Assembly (NCBI GenBank): GCA_963720495.1 | Contig: CAVRFU010000014.1 | Coordinates: 14,844 to 78,843 of the forward strand | Direction: 5' to 3' | From: an uncultured Chloroflexia bacterium | Lineage (GTDB): Bacteria > Chloroflexota > Limnocylindria > Limnocylindrales > CSP1-4 | DNA length: 64,000 nucleotides | Shown: positions 31,479 to 43,085 of the stretch, in pieces | Numbering within the stretch: position 1 is the stretch's first letter | How the letters are laid out: each line of letters starts with the position of its first letter | Notes under the pieces: model-generated | Databases searched by the model: none | The model's input: the letters and a program-made list of their open reading frames with translations, nothing else | Told to the model about the DNA's origin: nothing | Made by a program: the position numbers and the translations under genes

Positions 31479-32878
31479 CCGAGCGACCCCTCCATCTCGA
31501 GCTTGACCAGCCGGTTGAACTCGATGGCGTACTCCATCGGGAGCTCCTTCGTGAAGACCTCGAGGAAGCCCTGCACGATGAGGTTGGTCGCCTCGTTCTC
31601 GGTCAGCCCGCGGCTCATCAGGTAGAAGACCTGGTCCGCGCTGACCTTGCCGACGGTCGCCTCGTGGGTCATCGAGGTGTCGTCTTCCTGGATGTCGATG
31701 TACGGATACGTGTCGCTCCGGCTGATGTCGTCCATCATCAGCGCGTCGCAGCGGACGCTGGCCACGACGTTGGTGGCACCCGGCGAGACCTTGAGCTGGC
31801 CGCGATAGGTCGCCCGGCCGCCGTCCTTGGAGACGGACTTGCTGACGATCCGCGAGCGGGTGTTCGGGGCGAGGTGGACGGCCTTGGCGCCGGTGTCCTG
31901 GTGCTGGCCCTTGCCGGCGACCGCGACGCTGATGATGTCCGCCGTGGCGCCCTCGCCGCGCAGGTAGATGGCCGGGAACTTGACCGTCTTGCGCGAGCCG
32001 GTGTTCGCGTCGATCCACTCGACCGTCGAGTTCTCGTAGGCGTGCGCCCGCTTGGTCACGAGGTTGTAGACGTCGTTCGACCAGTTCTGGATGGTCGTGT
32101 AGCGGACCTTGGAGCCGGGCAGCGCGACGACCTCGACGACGGCCACGTGGAGCGACTCGGTGGCGTAGATCGGGGCGGTGCAGCCCTCGATGTAGTGGAC
32201 CTTGGCGCCCTCGTCGACGACGATCAGCGTCCGCTCGAACTGGCCGGTGTTCTCGCCGTTGATCCGGAAGTAGGCCTGCAGCGGGAGCGGGACCTCGACG
32301 CCCTTGGGCACGTAGACGAACGAGCCGCCGGACCAGACCGCCGCGTTGAGGGCGGAGAACTTGTTGTCCTCGGCGGGCACGACCGTGCCGAAATGCTTGC
32401 GGAAGATCTCCGGGTACTCGACCAGCGCCTGGTCCGTGCCCATGAACACGACGCCGAGCTTGGACAGCTCTTCCTTGACCGAGTGGTAGACCACCTCGGA
32501 GTCGTACTGGGCGCCGACCCCGGCCAGGAACTTGCGCTCCGCCTCGGGGATGCCCAGCCGCTCGAACGTCGCCTTGATCTGGTCCGGGACGTCGTCCCAC
32601 GACTTCTCTTCGCGCTCGGACGGCTTGCGGTAGTAGACGATGTTGTCGAAGTTGATCCGGTCGAGCCCGTCCGTCCAGGTCGGCAGCGGGCGCTTCATGA
32701 AGTGCTCGTAGGCACGCAGCCGGTACTGGAGCATCCAGTCCGGCTCGTTCTTGAAGCCGCTGATCTCCTCGACCGTCGCGCGCGTCAGGCCGCGCTTGGT
32801 CTCGGCGAGGTAGGCGATGTCGTCGTGGAAGGCGAATTGATCGCGCTGGTCGGTGACGATCTCGCGGGTGGCGGTCAT
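31475..32878 (-). CDS. sufB: Fe-S cluster assembly protein SufB
   Basis: AQYDSEVVYH, WSGGSFVYVP, GQFERTLI, YIEGCTAP, CDAL, HEATV. Confidence 0.96.
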   Translation of the reverse strand: MTATREIVTDQRDQFAFHDDIAYLAETKRGLTRATVEEISGFKNEPDWMLQYRLRAYEHFMKRPLPTWTDGLDRINFDNIVYYRKPSEREEKSWDDVPDQIKATFERLGIPEAERKFLAGVGAQYDSEVVYHSVKEELSKLGVVFMGTDQALVEYPEIFRKHFGTVVPAEDNKFSALNAAVWSGGSFVYVPKGVEVPLPLQAYFRINGENTGQFERTLIVVDEGAKVHYIEGCTAPIYATESLHVAVVEVVALPGSKVRYTTIQNWSNDVYNLVTKRAHAYENSTVEWIDANTGSRKTVKFPAIYLRGEGATADIISVAVAGKGQHQDTGAKAVHLAPNTRSRIVSKSVSKDGGRATYRGQLKVSPGATNVVASVRCDALMMDDISRSDTYPYIDIQEDDTSMTHEATVGKVSADQVFYLMSRGLTENEATNLIVQGFLEVFTKELPMEYAIEFNRLVKLEMEGSLG

Positions 32879-32944
32879 CGGGTCTCCGGTCGTGGGTGGA
32901 GGCGGCGCTTCGAGCGTCGCGGGCGGGCTCGCGGGGCCTGTGTC

Positions 32945-32987
32945 TAATTCCGAGTCAGATTATCGGGATTAACGGCCGAAGCGTCAA
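32945..32987 (-). promoter_or_regulatory. suf promoter overlapped by an Rrf2/IscR-like palindromic operator
   Basis: TTGACG (32987-32982), N17, GATAAT (32964-32959); palindrome TAATTCCGA-N9-TCGGGATTA at 32945-32971, AT-rich against a high-GC background. Confidence 0.72.
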
Positions 32988-33101
32988 CGCGGGCGTCTTG
33001 CGCGACTTCGGCGGATGATGTCCCGGACGCCGACCAGCCACCGGGCGCGGAAGGGCTCGTCCGGTCGTGGGCCGGGTAGATGGAGGTGCCCCATGGGTGC
33101 C

Positions 33102-34537
33102 ATGAGTCCCATCGACACGCGCGTCGAGACCGAGGTCGCCCCGCGCACGCCACCGGCCAACGGCGGGCGGGCCGCCCCGCCGCCGACCGTCGAGCGCAGA
33201 CCGGAGCGCACGACCGCGGTCGCCCCCACGCCGGACGCGTCGGCGCGGCGCCGGGCCATCGCGGCGGCCATCGTCGACATCGTGGACGGGGCCATCGCAG
33301 ATCGCGACGCGCTCGAGATCGTGCTGGCAGGCCCGGGGGATGCACGGACCAGGGGCGCGCGGTCGCGGGTCGTCGTCAAGGGACCGGACGCGGTGGCCCA
33401 CCTGCTGCTCCCGCCGAGCGGCGACGCGTTCGCCGAGGCGTACCTCCGCGGCGAGGTCGAGATCGAGGGCGACGTGATGGCCACGGTGGTCGCGGCGGAG
33501 TCGATCGACGTCCGGCGCCTCCACCCGGCGGACCTCCGCCGGATCGTCCGCTGGCTGCCCGAGCTCCGACGGGACGCCGCATCGGTCCCCGGCCTCCAGC
33601 GGACCTCGCGGATGCGCGGCCCGCTCCATTCGCGGGCCCGGGACATGGCCGCGATCCGCTTCCACTACGACGTCGGTGAGGCGTTCTACTCGCTCTGGCT
33701 CGACGCCCGGCTGGCCTATTCGTGTGCCTACTTCCCCGGGGACGCGACCACGCTCACTGCGCCCGGCCTCCTCGACGAGGCACAGGAAGGCAAGCTGGAA
33801 CTGATCGCGCGCAAGCTGCGCCTCGGTCCGGACACGCACCTGCTCGACATCGGCTGCGGCTGGGGCTCGTTGATCGGCTTCGCCGCCGAGCGCTATGGGA
33901 CGCCGTCCGTCGGCGTCACCCTCAGCCAGCGCCAGGCCGACGAGGCCAACGGCCGTGCCGATCCGAGCGGGCGTCGGCCGGCTCGTGGACGCTCGAGTCC
34001 TCGACTATCGCGACATGGGCGGTCTGGGTCGATTCGATGCGGTCGCTTCGGTCGGTATGTTCGAGCACGTCGGGCGGGCGAACCTGGCGACATACTTCCG
34101 GGCCGCGTACGACGCGCTCGAGCCGGGTGGGCTGTTCCTCAACCACGGCATCGCCGGCGCCGGGACGAGGCGCCGGCCGTCCGGCCTGCGCCCGCACGGC
34201 AACCGGTTCCTCCAGCGCTATGTCTTCCCGGACGGCGAGCTGGTTGCCGTCGAGGATGCCGTCGCGTTCGCACGGGCGGCCGGGTTCGAGGTCGCTGGAC
34301 GTCCAGTCGCTCCGGCCCCATTACGCGCTGACCCTCGCCGCGTGGGTCGCTCGCCTGGAGGCGAACTGGCCGGCCGCGGTCGCCGCGGCGGGCGACGAGG
34401 TCGCCCGGACATGGCGCCTGTACATGTCGGCGGCCCGGCTCGGGTTCGAGCGGGGCGAGCTGGACGTCTGCCAGCTCCTCCTCGCGAAGCCCGCTGACGG
34501 CCGGCCGGCCGAGCTCCCGCTTCGACCGTGGTGGTGA
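33102..34537 (+). CDS. Cyclopropane-fatty-acyl-phospholipid synthase family methyltransferase; frameshifted
   Basis: FHYDVG, YSCAYF, LDIGCGWG, SVGMFEHVG, YVFPDG, HYALTL. Confidence 0.87.
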
Positions 34538-34621
34538 GGGCTGTCGACGCCTGACATGCATCGAGCCCGGCCGCGACGCGGTCCGGGCTCGACTCTCGTG
34601 CGGCGCGCCGAAGCGCCTCGC

Positions 34622-35254
34622 CTACGTCCCGGACGGGGTCGTCGCCTCGGCCTCGGCGGCCGCTTCCTTGATCGCCCCGGCGGTGGCCTCGTCGACCGGA
34701 ACGGTCTTGACCTCCTCGGCATCGGGCATCTTCGCCTCGACGGCCGGGGCGTCCGCAGCGGTCACGAGGGCGAGGATCCCGGACGTGCCCGGCGTGATGA
34801 CGCCCTTGAGGTCCTCCTCGACATCGAGCCGATGCGAGAGGTTGCGCGCCTTGCCGGCGGCCGCACCCGCGACACCGAGGGTCACCGCGCCGGCGACCAG
34901 GGTGGCCGGCAGGAAGACCGCGGCGACGACGCCGCCGACGATCCCCCACTTGAGCCCGGTCCGCGTGCTGTGGTCGGTCATCTTCTCGACGTGGATGCGG
35001 CCGTCGTCGTCGGCCTTGACGACGAGGACGCCGTCGATGTGGAGCGAGCCGTCGACCTCGCCGGCGAGCAGGTTGTCGTAGATCGCGCGTGCCGACGTCG
35101 TGTCGGCGAACCGGGCGACGACCAGCGCGTGGTCGCCCTCGACCGCGATGGCGCCCTCAGCCAGCACGCCGTACTCGTCGCTGACCTGCCCGGCGATGAT
35201 CGTGGTGTCGCCGCCCTGGGTGATCGTCGTGGTCTCCTTGGATCCCTCGGTCAT
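34622..35254 (-). CDS. DUF1269-like protein
   Basis: DGVLVVKADDDGRIHV, GLKWGIVGGVV, PGTSGILAL; AAGGAGG RBS. Confidence 0.7.
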   Translation of the reverse strand: MTEGSKETTTITQGGDTTIIAGQVSDEYGVLAEGAIAVEGDHALVVARFADTTSARAIYDNLLAGEVDGSLHIDGVLVVKADDDGRIHVEKMTDHSTRTGLKWGIVGGVVAAVFLPATLVAGAVTLGVAGAAAGKARNLSHRLDVEEDLKGVITPGTSGILALVTAADAPAVEAKMPDAEEVKTVPVDEATAGAIKEAAAEAEATTPSGT

Positions 35255-35489
35255 GACCGTCCTCCTTCTCCCGCCACAACGGCGGTCCACCCCTGTTCGC
35301 GCGTCATCGATCGGTCGGGCGTTAGGGCCACGAAGCGGCGGTCGAGCGCAAGCGGAAGCGCCATCCTAGCAACCCACGGACCGCGAGGTGTTTTCATCCG
35401 TTCGGGAGGATGCGGCGCCGCCTATCCTGTGACGAGAGTGTGAGCAGGATCGGGAGATCAGATCCGGGACGGATGGAGGGCCAACAGCG

Positions 35490-37665
35490 ATGAGCCGACT
35501 GATCGGCTTCTACGAGACACAGCTGCGCGTGCTGTGGGAGTGGCGCGGCGGCCGTGTGGCGCTCCTGAAGCGACTCCTGATCACACTGATCGTGGCGACC
35601 GTCTCCTTTCTGGCCACGGCCGCCATCTTCGGCTCCAGGTTCCAGGTCGACCGGGTCATCGACGGCGTCATCGCGGTCATCCTGATGTCGCTGTTCAACG
35701 CCGTCATCCGGCCGGTGATCCTGACGCTGGCGGCCCCGGTCTCCCTGATCCTCGTCGCGGTCCTCGTGCTCGTCCTGCAGGTCGTGACCTTCCTGGTGGT
35801 GGCCCAGCTGGCCCCCGGCGTCCATCTCTCGGGCTTCCTGGTCGCGCTCCTGGCCTCGTTCGTGTACGCCATCATCAACACGGTCCTGACCGCTATCCTC
35901 GGCGTCGACACCGGCGGTTCCTACTACGGGCTCCTGGTCCAGCGGCTGATGGTCCAGCGGTCGCAGGGCCACACCGACAAGCCGGGCCTGGTCATCATCC
36001 AGATCGACGGGCTGGCCCACCCGATCCTGGCCGGCCGCATGCGCGCCGGCTCGGTCAACACGATGTCCGGCCTTGTCCGCGATGGCAGCCACAAGCTGTC
36101 GAAGTGGGAGGCGATCCTGCCGTCGATGACGTCCGGCAGCCAGGCCGGGATCCTGCACGGCAACAACGACGGCATCCCGGCCTTCCGCTGGTACGAGCGG
36201 GATCGCGCGCACCTGATGGCGTCCAGCAACCCAGCCGACGCCGAACTGATCGTGTCGCGGATCACCAACGGCGAGGGCCTGCTGTCCAACAACGGCGCGA
36301 GCATCTGCAACCTCATGACGGGCGACGCGACCCGGTCGTACCTGACCACGGCCGCGATCAAGGCCGAAGGTGGAGGCATCGGCGACAGCCAGGCCTTCAC
36401 GTCGTTCTTCTTCAGCCCGAGCGGCTACCTGCGCTCGTTCACGCTGTTCCTCGGCGAGTTCCTCAAGGAGCTGACGCAGGCCCGACGCACGCGCCGCGCC
36501 GGGATCAGGCCGCAGATGCACCGCGGCCTCAAGTACGCGGGGATGCGCGCGGCCAGCAACGTGCTCCTGCGTGACGTCAACACGTCGCTGATCATCGAGG
36601 AGATGTACCGCGGCACCAACGTGATCTATGCCGACTTCACCGACTACGACGAGCTGGCCCATCACTGCGGGCCCGAGCGGGTCGAGTCCTTCGAGGCCCT
36701 CGACGGCGTCGATGGGGCGATCGCGAACCTCATCAAGGCGATCGACGATGCGCCGCGACCGTACAAGCTCGTCGTCCTGTCCGACCACGGACAGAGCCTT
36801 GGCGAGACGTTCCTCCAGCGCTATGGCGTCAGCCTCGGCGAGTATGTCCGGAGCCTCATGAGTGGGCGCGCCACGCTGATCCAGACCAAGACCAAGGCCG
36901 AAGGATCGGTGTTCGTCAACTCATTGCTCTCGGAGATCACCCGGAGCAAGGGCGTCGGACCGACCGTCGCGCGGGCGGCGCTCGCGAGCAAGACCGGCGC
37001 AGATGGCGTCGTCGACCTCGACGCGGATCGAGGAGGAACCGACCGAGGCCGATGCCAGCTCGATCGCCGTCGTGGGCTCCGGCAACCTCGGGTCTCGTCT
37101 GGTTCACCGGCCACGATCACCGGCTGACCGTCGAGGAGCTCGAGGAGCTCCATCCCGGCCTGTCGCGTCGGTCGCGGCGCATCCGGGCGTCGGGCTGATG
37201 CTCGTCCGGTCGAAGGAGTTCGGCGCCGTGGTGTTCGGCCCGAACGGAACCCGGTTCCTCGATCAGGACAAGGTCGAAGGCGAGGACCCGACGACGCTGT
37301 TCGGACCGCACACGATCATGAGCCTCAAGCGCGAGGACGAGATGGTCCACGCCCCGGACCTGCTGCTGCTCAGCCAGTACGACCCGAACCTCGGCGAGGT
37401 GGCCGCGTTCGAGGAGCTGATCGGCTCGCACGGCGGGCTGGGCGGACCGCAGACCGAGCCGTTCATCCTCCACCCGGTGGAGTGGACGCTCGACGAGGAG
37501 GTGCCGCTGGGCGCGCCGGCCATCTATCGCAACATCCGGCGCTGGCTCGACTCGATCGGGATCGAGCTCGGCAAGCCGGCGGCCTCGCCGGCAGCGGCGA
37601 CCTCGTCGCCGCCGGCGTCACCCGGTGCTGACGACCGGACACCGGAGCCCGCCCCCGCCGCCTGA
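35490..37665 (+). CDS. 4-TM phage-holin-like domain fused to an alkaline-phosphatase-superfamily phosphodiesterase; frameshifted
   Basis: FNAVIRPV holin-like motif; QIDG, SMTSGSQ (Thr nucleophile), YDELAHHCG, VLSDHGQ, GSHGGLGG. Confidence 0.82.
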
Positions 37666-37777
37666 CCCCGCGCCAAGGCGCCTGCGATCGTCGGACGGTC
37701 GAATGCGCCGGCGCCACGCCATGCACTACGGACGACGATGGCGAACTCGGCGACCTCGACTGGCATAAGGTTGGCGC

Positions 37778-39968
37778 TTGGATACGACCCCGAACGCACC
37801 GCCGCCGTCCCAGTCCATCTGGAACGTCCCCAGCTGGTTGACGCGCCTCGCCGCGATCGGCTGGCGGGTGCTGGTCACGGTCGCCTTCGCGGCGATCGTC
37901 ATCGGGTTCGCCGCCTACCTCTCGACCGTGACGCTGTCGATCCTGTTCGCGGTCATCGCGGTCGCGACGCTTGCACCCATCGATGAACGATTGCGTGCGC
38001 GCGGCTGGGGCCGCGCGAAAGCCGCCGGAGGCACGATCGCCGTCACCGTCGTGGTCGTCGGCGGTGCGCTCCTCCTGATCGGCCTCGCGCTGATCCCGTT
38101 CCTGGCAGAGCTGACGAGCTTCCTTCACGAGGGGCTCGAGCGTCTGAGCTCGGAGCTCACCAGCGCCAACCTGCCGGCTGACACCGTCACGACCCTCGAG
38201 ACGGTCATCCAGCGGGTCGAGAGCTGGCTGTCCGAACAGGGTTCGGCGATCGTCGATTCACTGGTCGAAGCCGGCGCGATCGTGATGCTCGGTCTCTTCC
38301 TGACCTTCTACCTGCTCCTCGACGGGGACAAGGCCTGGGACGTCGGACTCGCCGGGCTCGGCGGCTGGCAAAGCGACCGGATCCGGGACGCGGGCGAGGA
38401 AGCCATGCGACGCGCCGGCGGGTACGTGCGCGGGACGGCGGCCATCGCGGCAGTCGATGCGATCGTGAGCTTCGTCGTCCTGACGCTTGTCGGCGTCTCG
38501 TTCGCGGGACCCTTGGCCGTGCTCGTGCTCGCTGCCGGGTTCATCCCATACATCGGCGGTCTTTTCGTGGCGGCGATCCTGGGCCTCGCCGGCCTCGCGA
38601 TCGGCGGGGTCCCGACCGCTCTCCTGCTCCTGGCGCTTGCGATCATCCTGAAGGTCATCGAGAAACGGCTGCTGGGTCGGTTCCTGTCAGATCGGACCCT
38701 CGGGCTGCACCCCGCGGTGATCCTCCTGGCCCTCCTCGTCGGCTACACGATGGGCGGACTGGCGGGCATGTTCGTGGCCGTGCCGACAGTCGCCTTCGTG
38801 ATGGCGATCAGCGGCGCCGTCCTCGACGTGCTCGGGACGTCCGGCAGGGTCCGGGTGTCCGTGCGCGGCGACATCCCCGCCTGGCTCGACCGCCTCGCAC
38901 AGTGGAGCTGGCGACTTCTCGTGGCCGTCGGCCTCATCGCTCTCGCGGTCGCCATCCTGTCGCAGTTCCCGGTCGTCGTCGGCCCGATCGTGGTCGCGAT
39001 CACGCTCGCGGCAACGTTCCTGCCTGCTGTCAAGACGCTGGAGGGGCGCGGCTGGTCACGCGGTCGTGCCTCGTTCGTGGTGAGCGTTGCCGTGTGGGCG
39101 ACCGTGACGGTCGTGACGTGGCTGTCCGTGTCGGCTCTCGGCGCATCCGTCCAGGAGTCGATCCAGGCGGCCGGGACCGGGGCGAACATCGCGGATGGGG
39201 CCCTGCCCGCGGGTGTGTCCGGCGTCGTCGGACGGCTGACGGTCCTTGTGGGCTCTGGGTTGCTCGGCGCCGTCGCGTCCGTCGCGACCGGTCTCGCCTC
39301 GGCGGTCGTGTTCCTCGTGGTCACGGCGCTGCTCGCCTATTTCATGCTGCGCGACGGCGACCGGGGATGGGCGTGGATCACGTCGCATCTCGATGGCTGG
39401 CGCCGGACGGAGGTCACGCTCGCGGGCGATCGGGCGGTGACGATGCTCGGCGGCTACATGATCGCGACCGGCGTGCTCGGGGCCTTCAACGCGGTGACCG
39501 GGTTCATCGTCATGACCCTGCTCGGCCTGCCGCTGGCGCTGCCCGTTGCGATCCTCTCGTTCTTCGGGGGGTTCATCCCGTACATCGGCCAGTTCGTCAC
39601 CAGCGTCATCGCCTTCCTGGTCGCGATCGCGTTCGGGAGTACCCAGGACGTCATCATCATGGGGATCTGGACGGCCGTGTTCAACGTCGTCCAGGGCAGC
39701 GTCATCGCGCCCCTGGTCTACGGCCGGGCGGTGAGCCTCCATCCCGCGATCGTGCTCATCGTGATCCCGGCGGGTGGAGCGCTGGCCGGCGTCCTCGGGA
39801 TGTTCCTCGCCGTGCCGCTGGTCGGGATCGTCGGCGCGGTCTGGCGGCACATCCTGGCCGCGATCGGCGAGGTCCCGCCGCCGGTCCCGGACGCCGATCG
39901 AGGATGCGGAAGCACCGCCGGCCGGGATCCTGGCGCCGGAGGCCCCACCCGGCAACGCCCTCGCCTGA
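37778..39968 (+). CDS. Double-length AI-2E (UPF0118) family permease
   Basis: Motif set FYLLLDG / FIPYIG / LHPA occurs twice; TTG start; C-terminal indel. Confidence 0.82.
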
Positions 39969-39980
39969 CGAGCCGGTGGA

Positions 39981-40343
39981 CTAGGTCGCCAACGCCTTGG
40001 CCTTGGCCGCCTCGAACTCCTCGGGCGTCAGCGTGCCCGCATCGCGGAGCTTGCCCAGCTTCTCGATCTCATCGGCCGCGGAGTAGCCGGACGCACGTCG
40101 CTGGGCCGCCTGCGCGGCGGCGATCGCCTGCTTGTCCTGCTCGGTCATCTTCGGCCGGGCGATGATGTAGATCAGGGCGCCCACGAACGGGATGAGGAAG
40201 ATCAGCACGATCCAGCCGGCCTTGGCCAGCCCGTGGATGTCATTGCGCCGGAAGATGTCCGCGAAGACGGCGATGAAGATCCAGATCGCCATGAACCAGA
40301 AGAAGAAGACGACGAAGGACGCGAAGATGTCGCTGAAGCTCAT
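39981..40343 (-). CDS. PLDc_N-like 2-TM protein with a SHOCT domain
   Basis: DIFRRNDI...KAGW...PFVGALIY; DEIEKLGKLRDAGTLTPEEFEAAKAK. Confidence 0.85.
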   Translation of the reverse strand: MSFSDIFASFVVFFFWFMAIWIFIAVFADIFRRNDIHGLAKAGWIVLIFLIPFVGALIYIIARPKMTEQDKQAIAAAQAAQRRASGYSAADEIEKLGKLRDAGTLTPEEFEAAKAKALAT

Positions 40344-40437
40344 CGGTGGGGCGCTCCTCGGGGGTGGCTGCCGGCAGCTGGGTCCGGCGGATCGCGCGGG
40401 GCCAGTCTAGCGGGCGCCACTCGGCGACGAACATGGA

Positions 40438-40463
40438 ACGACCCGCGGAAGCCCGCGGGTCGT
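40438..40463 (-). terminator. Putative terminator hairpin
   Basis: ACGACCCGCGG-aagc-CCGCGGGTCGT. Confidence 0.5.
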
Positions 40464-40483
40464 CATGTCAGGGCGATGGGGCG

Positions 40484-41066
40484 TCAGGAGGGCCGGCCGG
40501 TCTCCTCGAAGGCCGGGAGTCCGGTCGCCGTTCTCCGCGCCGAGCCCGTCGGGGTAGGCGGTCGCGTCGAACGAGGTCGTCTCGGTGTACGGGGGTGGCT
40601 CGATCGCGGCGGTCTCGGCGGCGTCGAAGGCGATCGGGTCGTCGACATCGATCTCGAGGATCTCGTCGTCGACCTCGCGCATCGTCATGAGCCGATCGCG
40701 CACGCCACTCACGGCCTTGGCCAGTCGTGCGCGAATGCCCTCGTTCGAGAGGACAGCGACGACGGCGCCGGCGACGATCAGGCCACCGACGGCGAGCGGC
40801 CAGCGCGGGCGCCGGGCGCGCCGTCCGATGTTGACGGCCGCGGCCGCGCCGGCCAGGGCCTTCGGGACGTCGACCGAGGCCAAATCGATACGGGGCCACT
40901 CGAACTTCGCGACCGCGTCGGGCAGCTCCACCTTCGGTCGCTGGAGCTTCGACAGGTCGGTGTCGGGCAGGTGGATCTCGGACAGCGCTCGCACGATGTC
41001 GTCACGATCGATCTCGGGCAGCCGGAGCGCCGGCGGCCGGGCATCCTTGACGGGGAGGTCAGGCAT
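40484..41066 (-). CDS. Hypothetical single-TM protein
   Basis: AAGGAGG RBS before MPDLP; central TM; probable indel near the end (stop at 40484 or 40407). Confidence 0.65.
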
Positions 41067-41139
41067 CTGACGCCCTCCTTCGCTGGGGTTCGTTGACCAC
41101 GAGGATACCCCCGGCACCAACCCGCAGGCGCCACCGGGG

Positions 41140-41168
41140 AGTTACAGTATCCCGTGCCGAAGTTACAG
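41140..41168. promoter_or_regulatory. Direct repeat, candidate regulator binding site
   Basis: AGTTACAG at 41140 and 41161 (21-bp period) in a divergent intergenic region. Confidence 0.45.
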
Positions 41169-41252
41169 ACGCGGGTCGCCCCGCGTGGCCACCGGCACGC
41201 CAACGAGGGGGACCGGATTGCCTGACCCCACCGCGGATCGGAGGGATCGCCG

Positions 41253-42581
41253 ATGACCCGACGCCGGACGATCGCGCTCGGTGCCGGGCTGGCCGCGACC
41301 GGGGCGATGCTCCGTCGCCGCAGCGCGCGGGTCCCCACCGATCCATTCGACCCGGACGCCATCCGGGCCGAGACGGCCGCGGCCCGCACCGCCGAGATCG
41401 TCGGCCGTCCGCGGGTCCGCCGCGTCGACCTGGCCCAGACCTATGCGCCGGCGATCGCGACCGCGGTCGACCCCCTGCTCCACGGCCGGCGTTACTTCCC
41501 GCGGATGCTGGACGACATCGCAGCCGCGACCGACCACGTCCACCTGCTCATCTACGGCTACAAGGCGGGCGACATCGGCGAGACCTTCCTGACCGCGCTG
41601 GCCGACCGGGTCGCGGCGGGCGTGGAGGTCCGATTGTCGGTCGACGCCATCGGCAGCGAGGTCGACTTCGGCAGCAAGGACCTGTTCCGGCGGCTGCTCG
41701 CGGCGGGCGTCGAGGTCGTGGCCCAGGACGGGATCGCCGTCATCCGGACCGGCGACCTCGCGGACCGCTCGTTCCGGCCACGTGGCGAGGACCTCCTCCA
41801 CTTCGATCATCGCAAGATGGCCGTCATCGACGGCCGGGTCGGCTACGTCGGTGGCAGCGGCATCGAGGACCACTACAACGACGAGCGCTTCTACGACGTC
41901 ATGTGCCGGGTGGAGGGACCGATCGTCGCCCAGCTCCAGTCGGTCTTCCTGCTGAGCTGGCGTCACCACGACGGGCCGGCCCCGGCGGATCCCGCCCTGG
42001 ACCGGTACTTCCCGATCGAGACGTTGCGGGTCGCTCCGGACGCGGCCTTCCAGGCGCCGACGACGGTCCTGTGGAACGTTCCAGGCACCGGCCATCACCC
42101 GATCAGCGACGCGATCGAGACCGCCCTGGAAGACGCCGCCGAGCAGATCCACATCGTCAACCCGTACATCTCCAACCGGGCCATCCTCGAGCGGATCCTT
42201 GCGGCGGCGCTGCGCGGGGTCCGGGTGCGGCTGATCGCACCCGGCAAGCCCACGCCGCCCTACCCAGCCGCTGCGTTCCGGCACTGGTACGGACGGCTCC
42301 TGGATGCAGGCGCGGAGATCCTGCTGCACCCGCAGATGGCCCATGCCAAGGTCCTGCGCATCGATGACCAGGTCTTCGTCGGGGGCTGCAACCTCGACGA
42401 CCTGTCGCTCTTCCGCAACGACGAGCTGGACCTGCTGTTCGCGGACCCGGCCGTCGCGGAGCTGACGGAGCACAGCATCTTCGACGAGCTCTCGGGCATG
42501 TCGACCCCGGCCGTGGCCTCGACCAACCCCAGGGCACGTGCCTGGAACGCCACCATGGACCGCGTCTCGCGGTTCCTGTAG
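41253..42581 (+). CDS. Phospholipase D / cardiolipin-synthase family protein
   Basis: Two HKD motifs, HRKMAVID and HAKVLRID; VDAIGS; NPY. Confidence 0.88.
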   Translation: MTRRRTIALGAGLAATGAMLRRRSARVPTDPFDPDAIRAETAAARTAEIVGRPRVRRVDLAQTYAPAIATAVDPLLHGRRYFPRMLDDIAAATDHVHLLIYGYKAGDIGETFLTALADRVAAGVEVRLSVDAIGSEVDFGSKDLFRRLLAAGVEVVAQDGIAVIRTGDLADRSFRPRGEDLLHFDHRKMAVIDGRVGYVGGSGIEDHYNDERFYDVMCRVEGPIVAQLQSVFLLSWRHHDGPAPADPALDRYFPIETLRVAPDAAFQAPTTVLWNVPGTGHHPISDAIETALEDAAEQIHIVNPYISNRAILERILAAALRGVRVRLIAPGKPTPPYPAAAFRHWYGRLLDAGAEILLHPQMAHAKVLRIDDQVFVGGCNLDDLSLFRNDELDLLFADPAVAELTEHSIFDELSGMSTPAVASTNPRARAWNATMDRVSRFL

Positions 42582-42629
42582 CCGCCCGGTGCGGCGCATA
42601 CTTGTCGGCCAAGGATTGAAGGAGAAGGC

Positions 42630-43052
42630 ATGAGCATCGGTCCCGTCGAATACATCGCGATCGCGTTCCCGGGGAACAAGTTCTCCGGCGAGATCATCCC
42701 GGCCATCCGGGAGCTCCAGGACTCCGGCACCATCCGCGTGCTCGACCTGGTGCTCATCACCAAGGACGACGACGGCAACGTCGCGTCGATCGAGCTGAAC
42801 GAGGCCAGCCCCGAGACGCAGGCGACGTTCGCGGCGCTCGGTATCGAGAACCGGAACCTGCTCGGCCAGGAGGACTTCGAGGACATCGGCAGCGCGCTCG
42901 ACCCGAACAGCACGGCGGCCCTGATGATCTGGGAGAACGTCTGGGCGGAGCGATTCGCGACGTCCCTCCGCAACGCCGACGGCATCCTCGTCGCCAACGG
43001 CCGGATCCCGGCCGCCCTGGTCGAGGAGATCATGGCCGAGTCGGTCTCCTAA
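42630..43052 (+). CDS. DUF6325-like protein
   Basis: GPVEYIAIAFPGNKF, GTIRVLDL, WENVWA, GRIP. Confidence 0.8.
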   Translation: MSIGPVEYIAIAFPGNKFSGEIIPAIRELQDSGTIRVLDLVLITKDDDGNVASIELNEASPETQATFAALGIENRNLLGQEDFEDIGSALDPNSTAALMIWENVWAERFATSLRNADGILVANGRIPAALVEEIMAESVS

Positions 43053-43085
43053 GCCCCGTCACCCGATCCGAAAGGAGCGCCCCAG

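Noticed and set aside
30099-32600. 833-aa ORF suggesting a giant SufD
   Set aside because: Its first ~370 codons are an alternative frame of sufB; SufD starts at 31478.
35490-35940. Holin-like domain as evidence of a prophage
   Set aside because: No integrase, terminase, capsid, tail or endolysin genes; the domain is fused to a cellular hydrolase.
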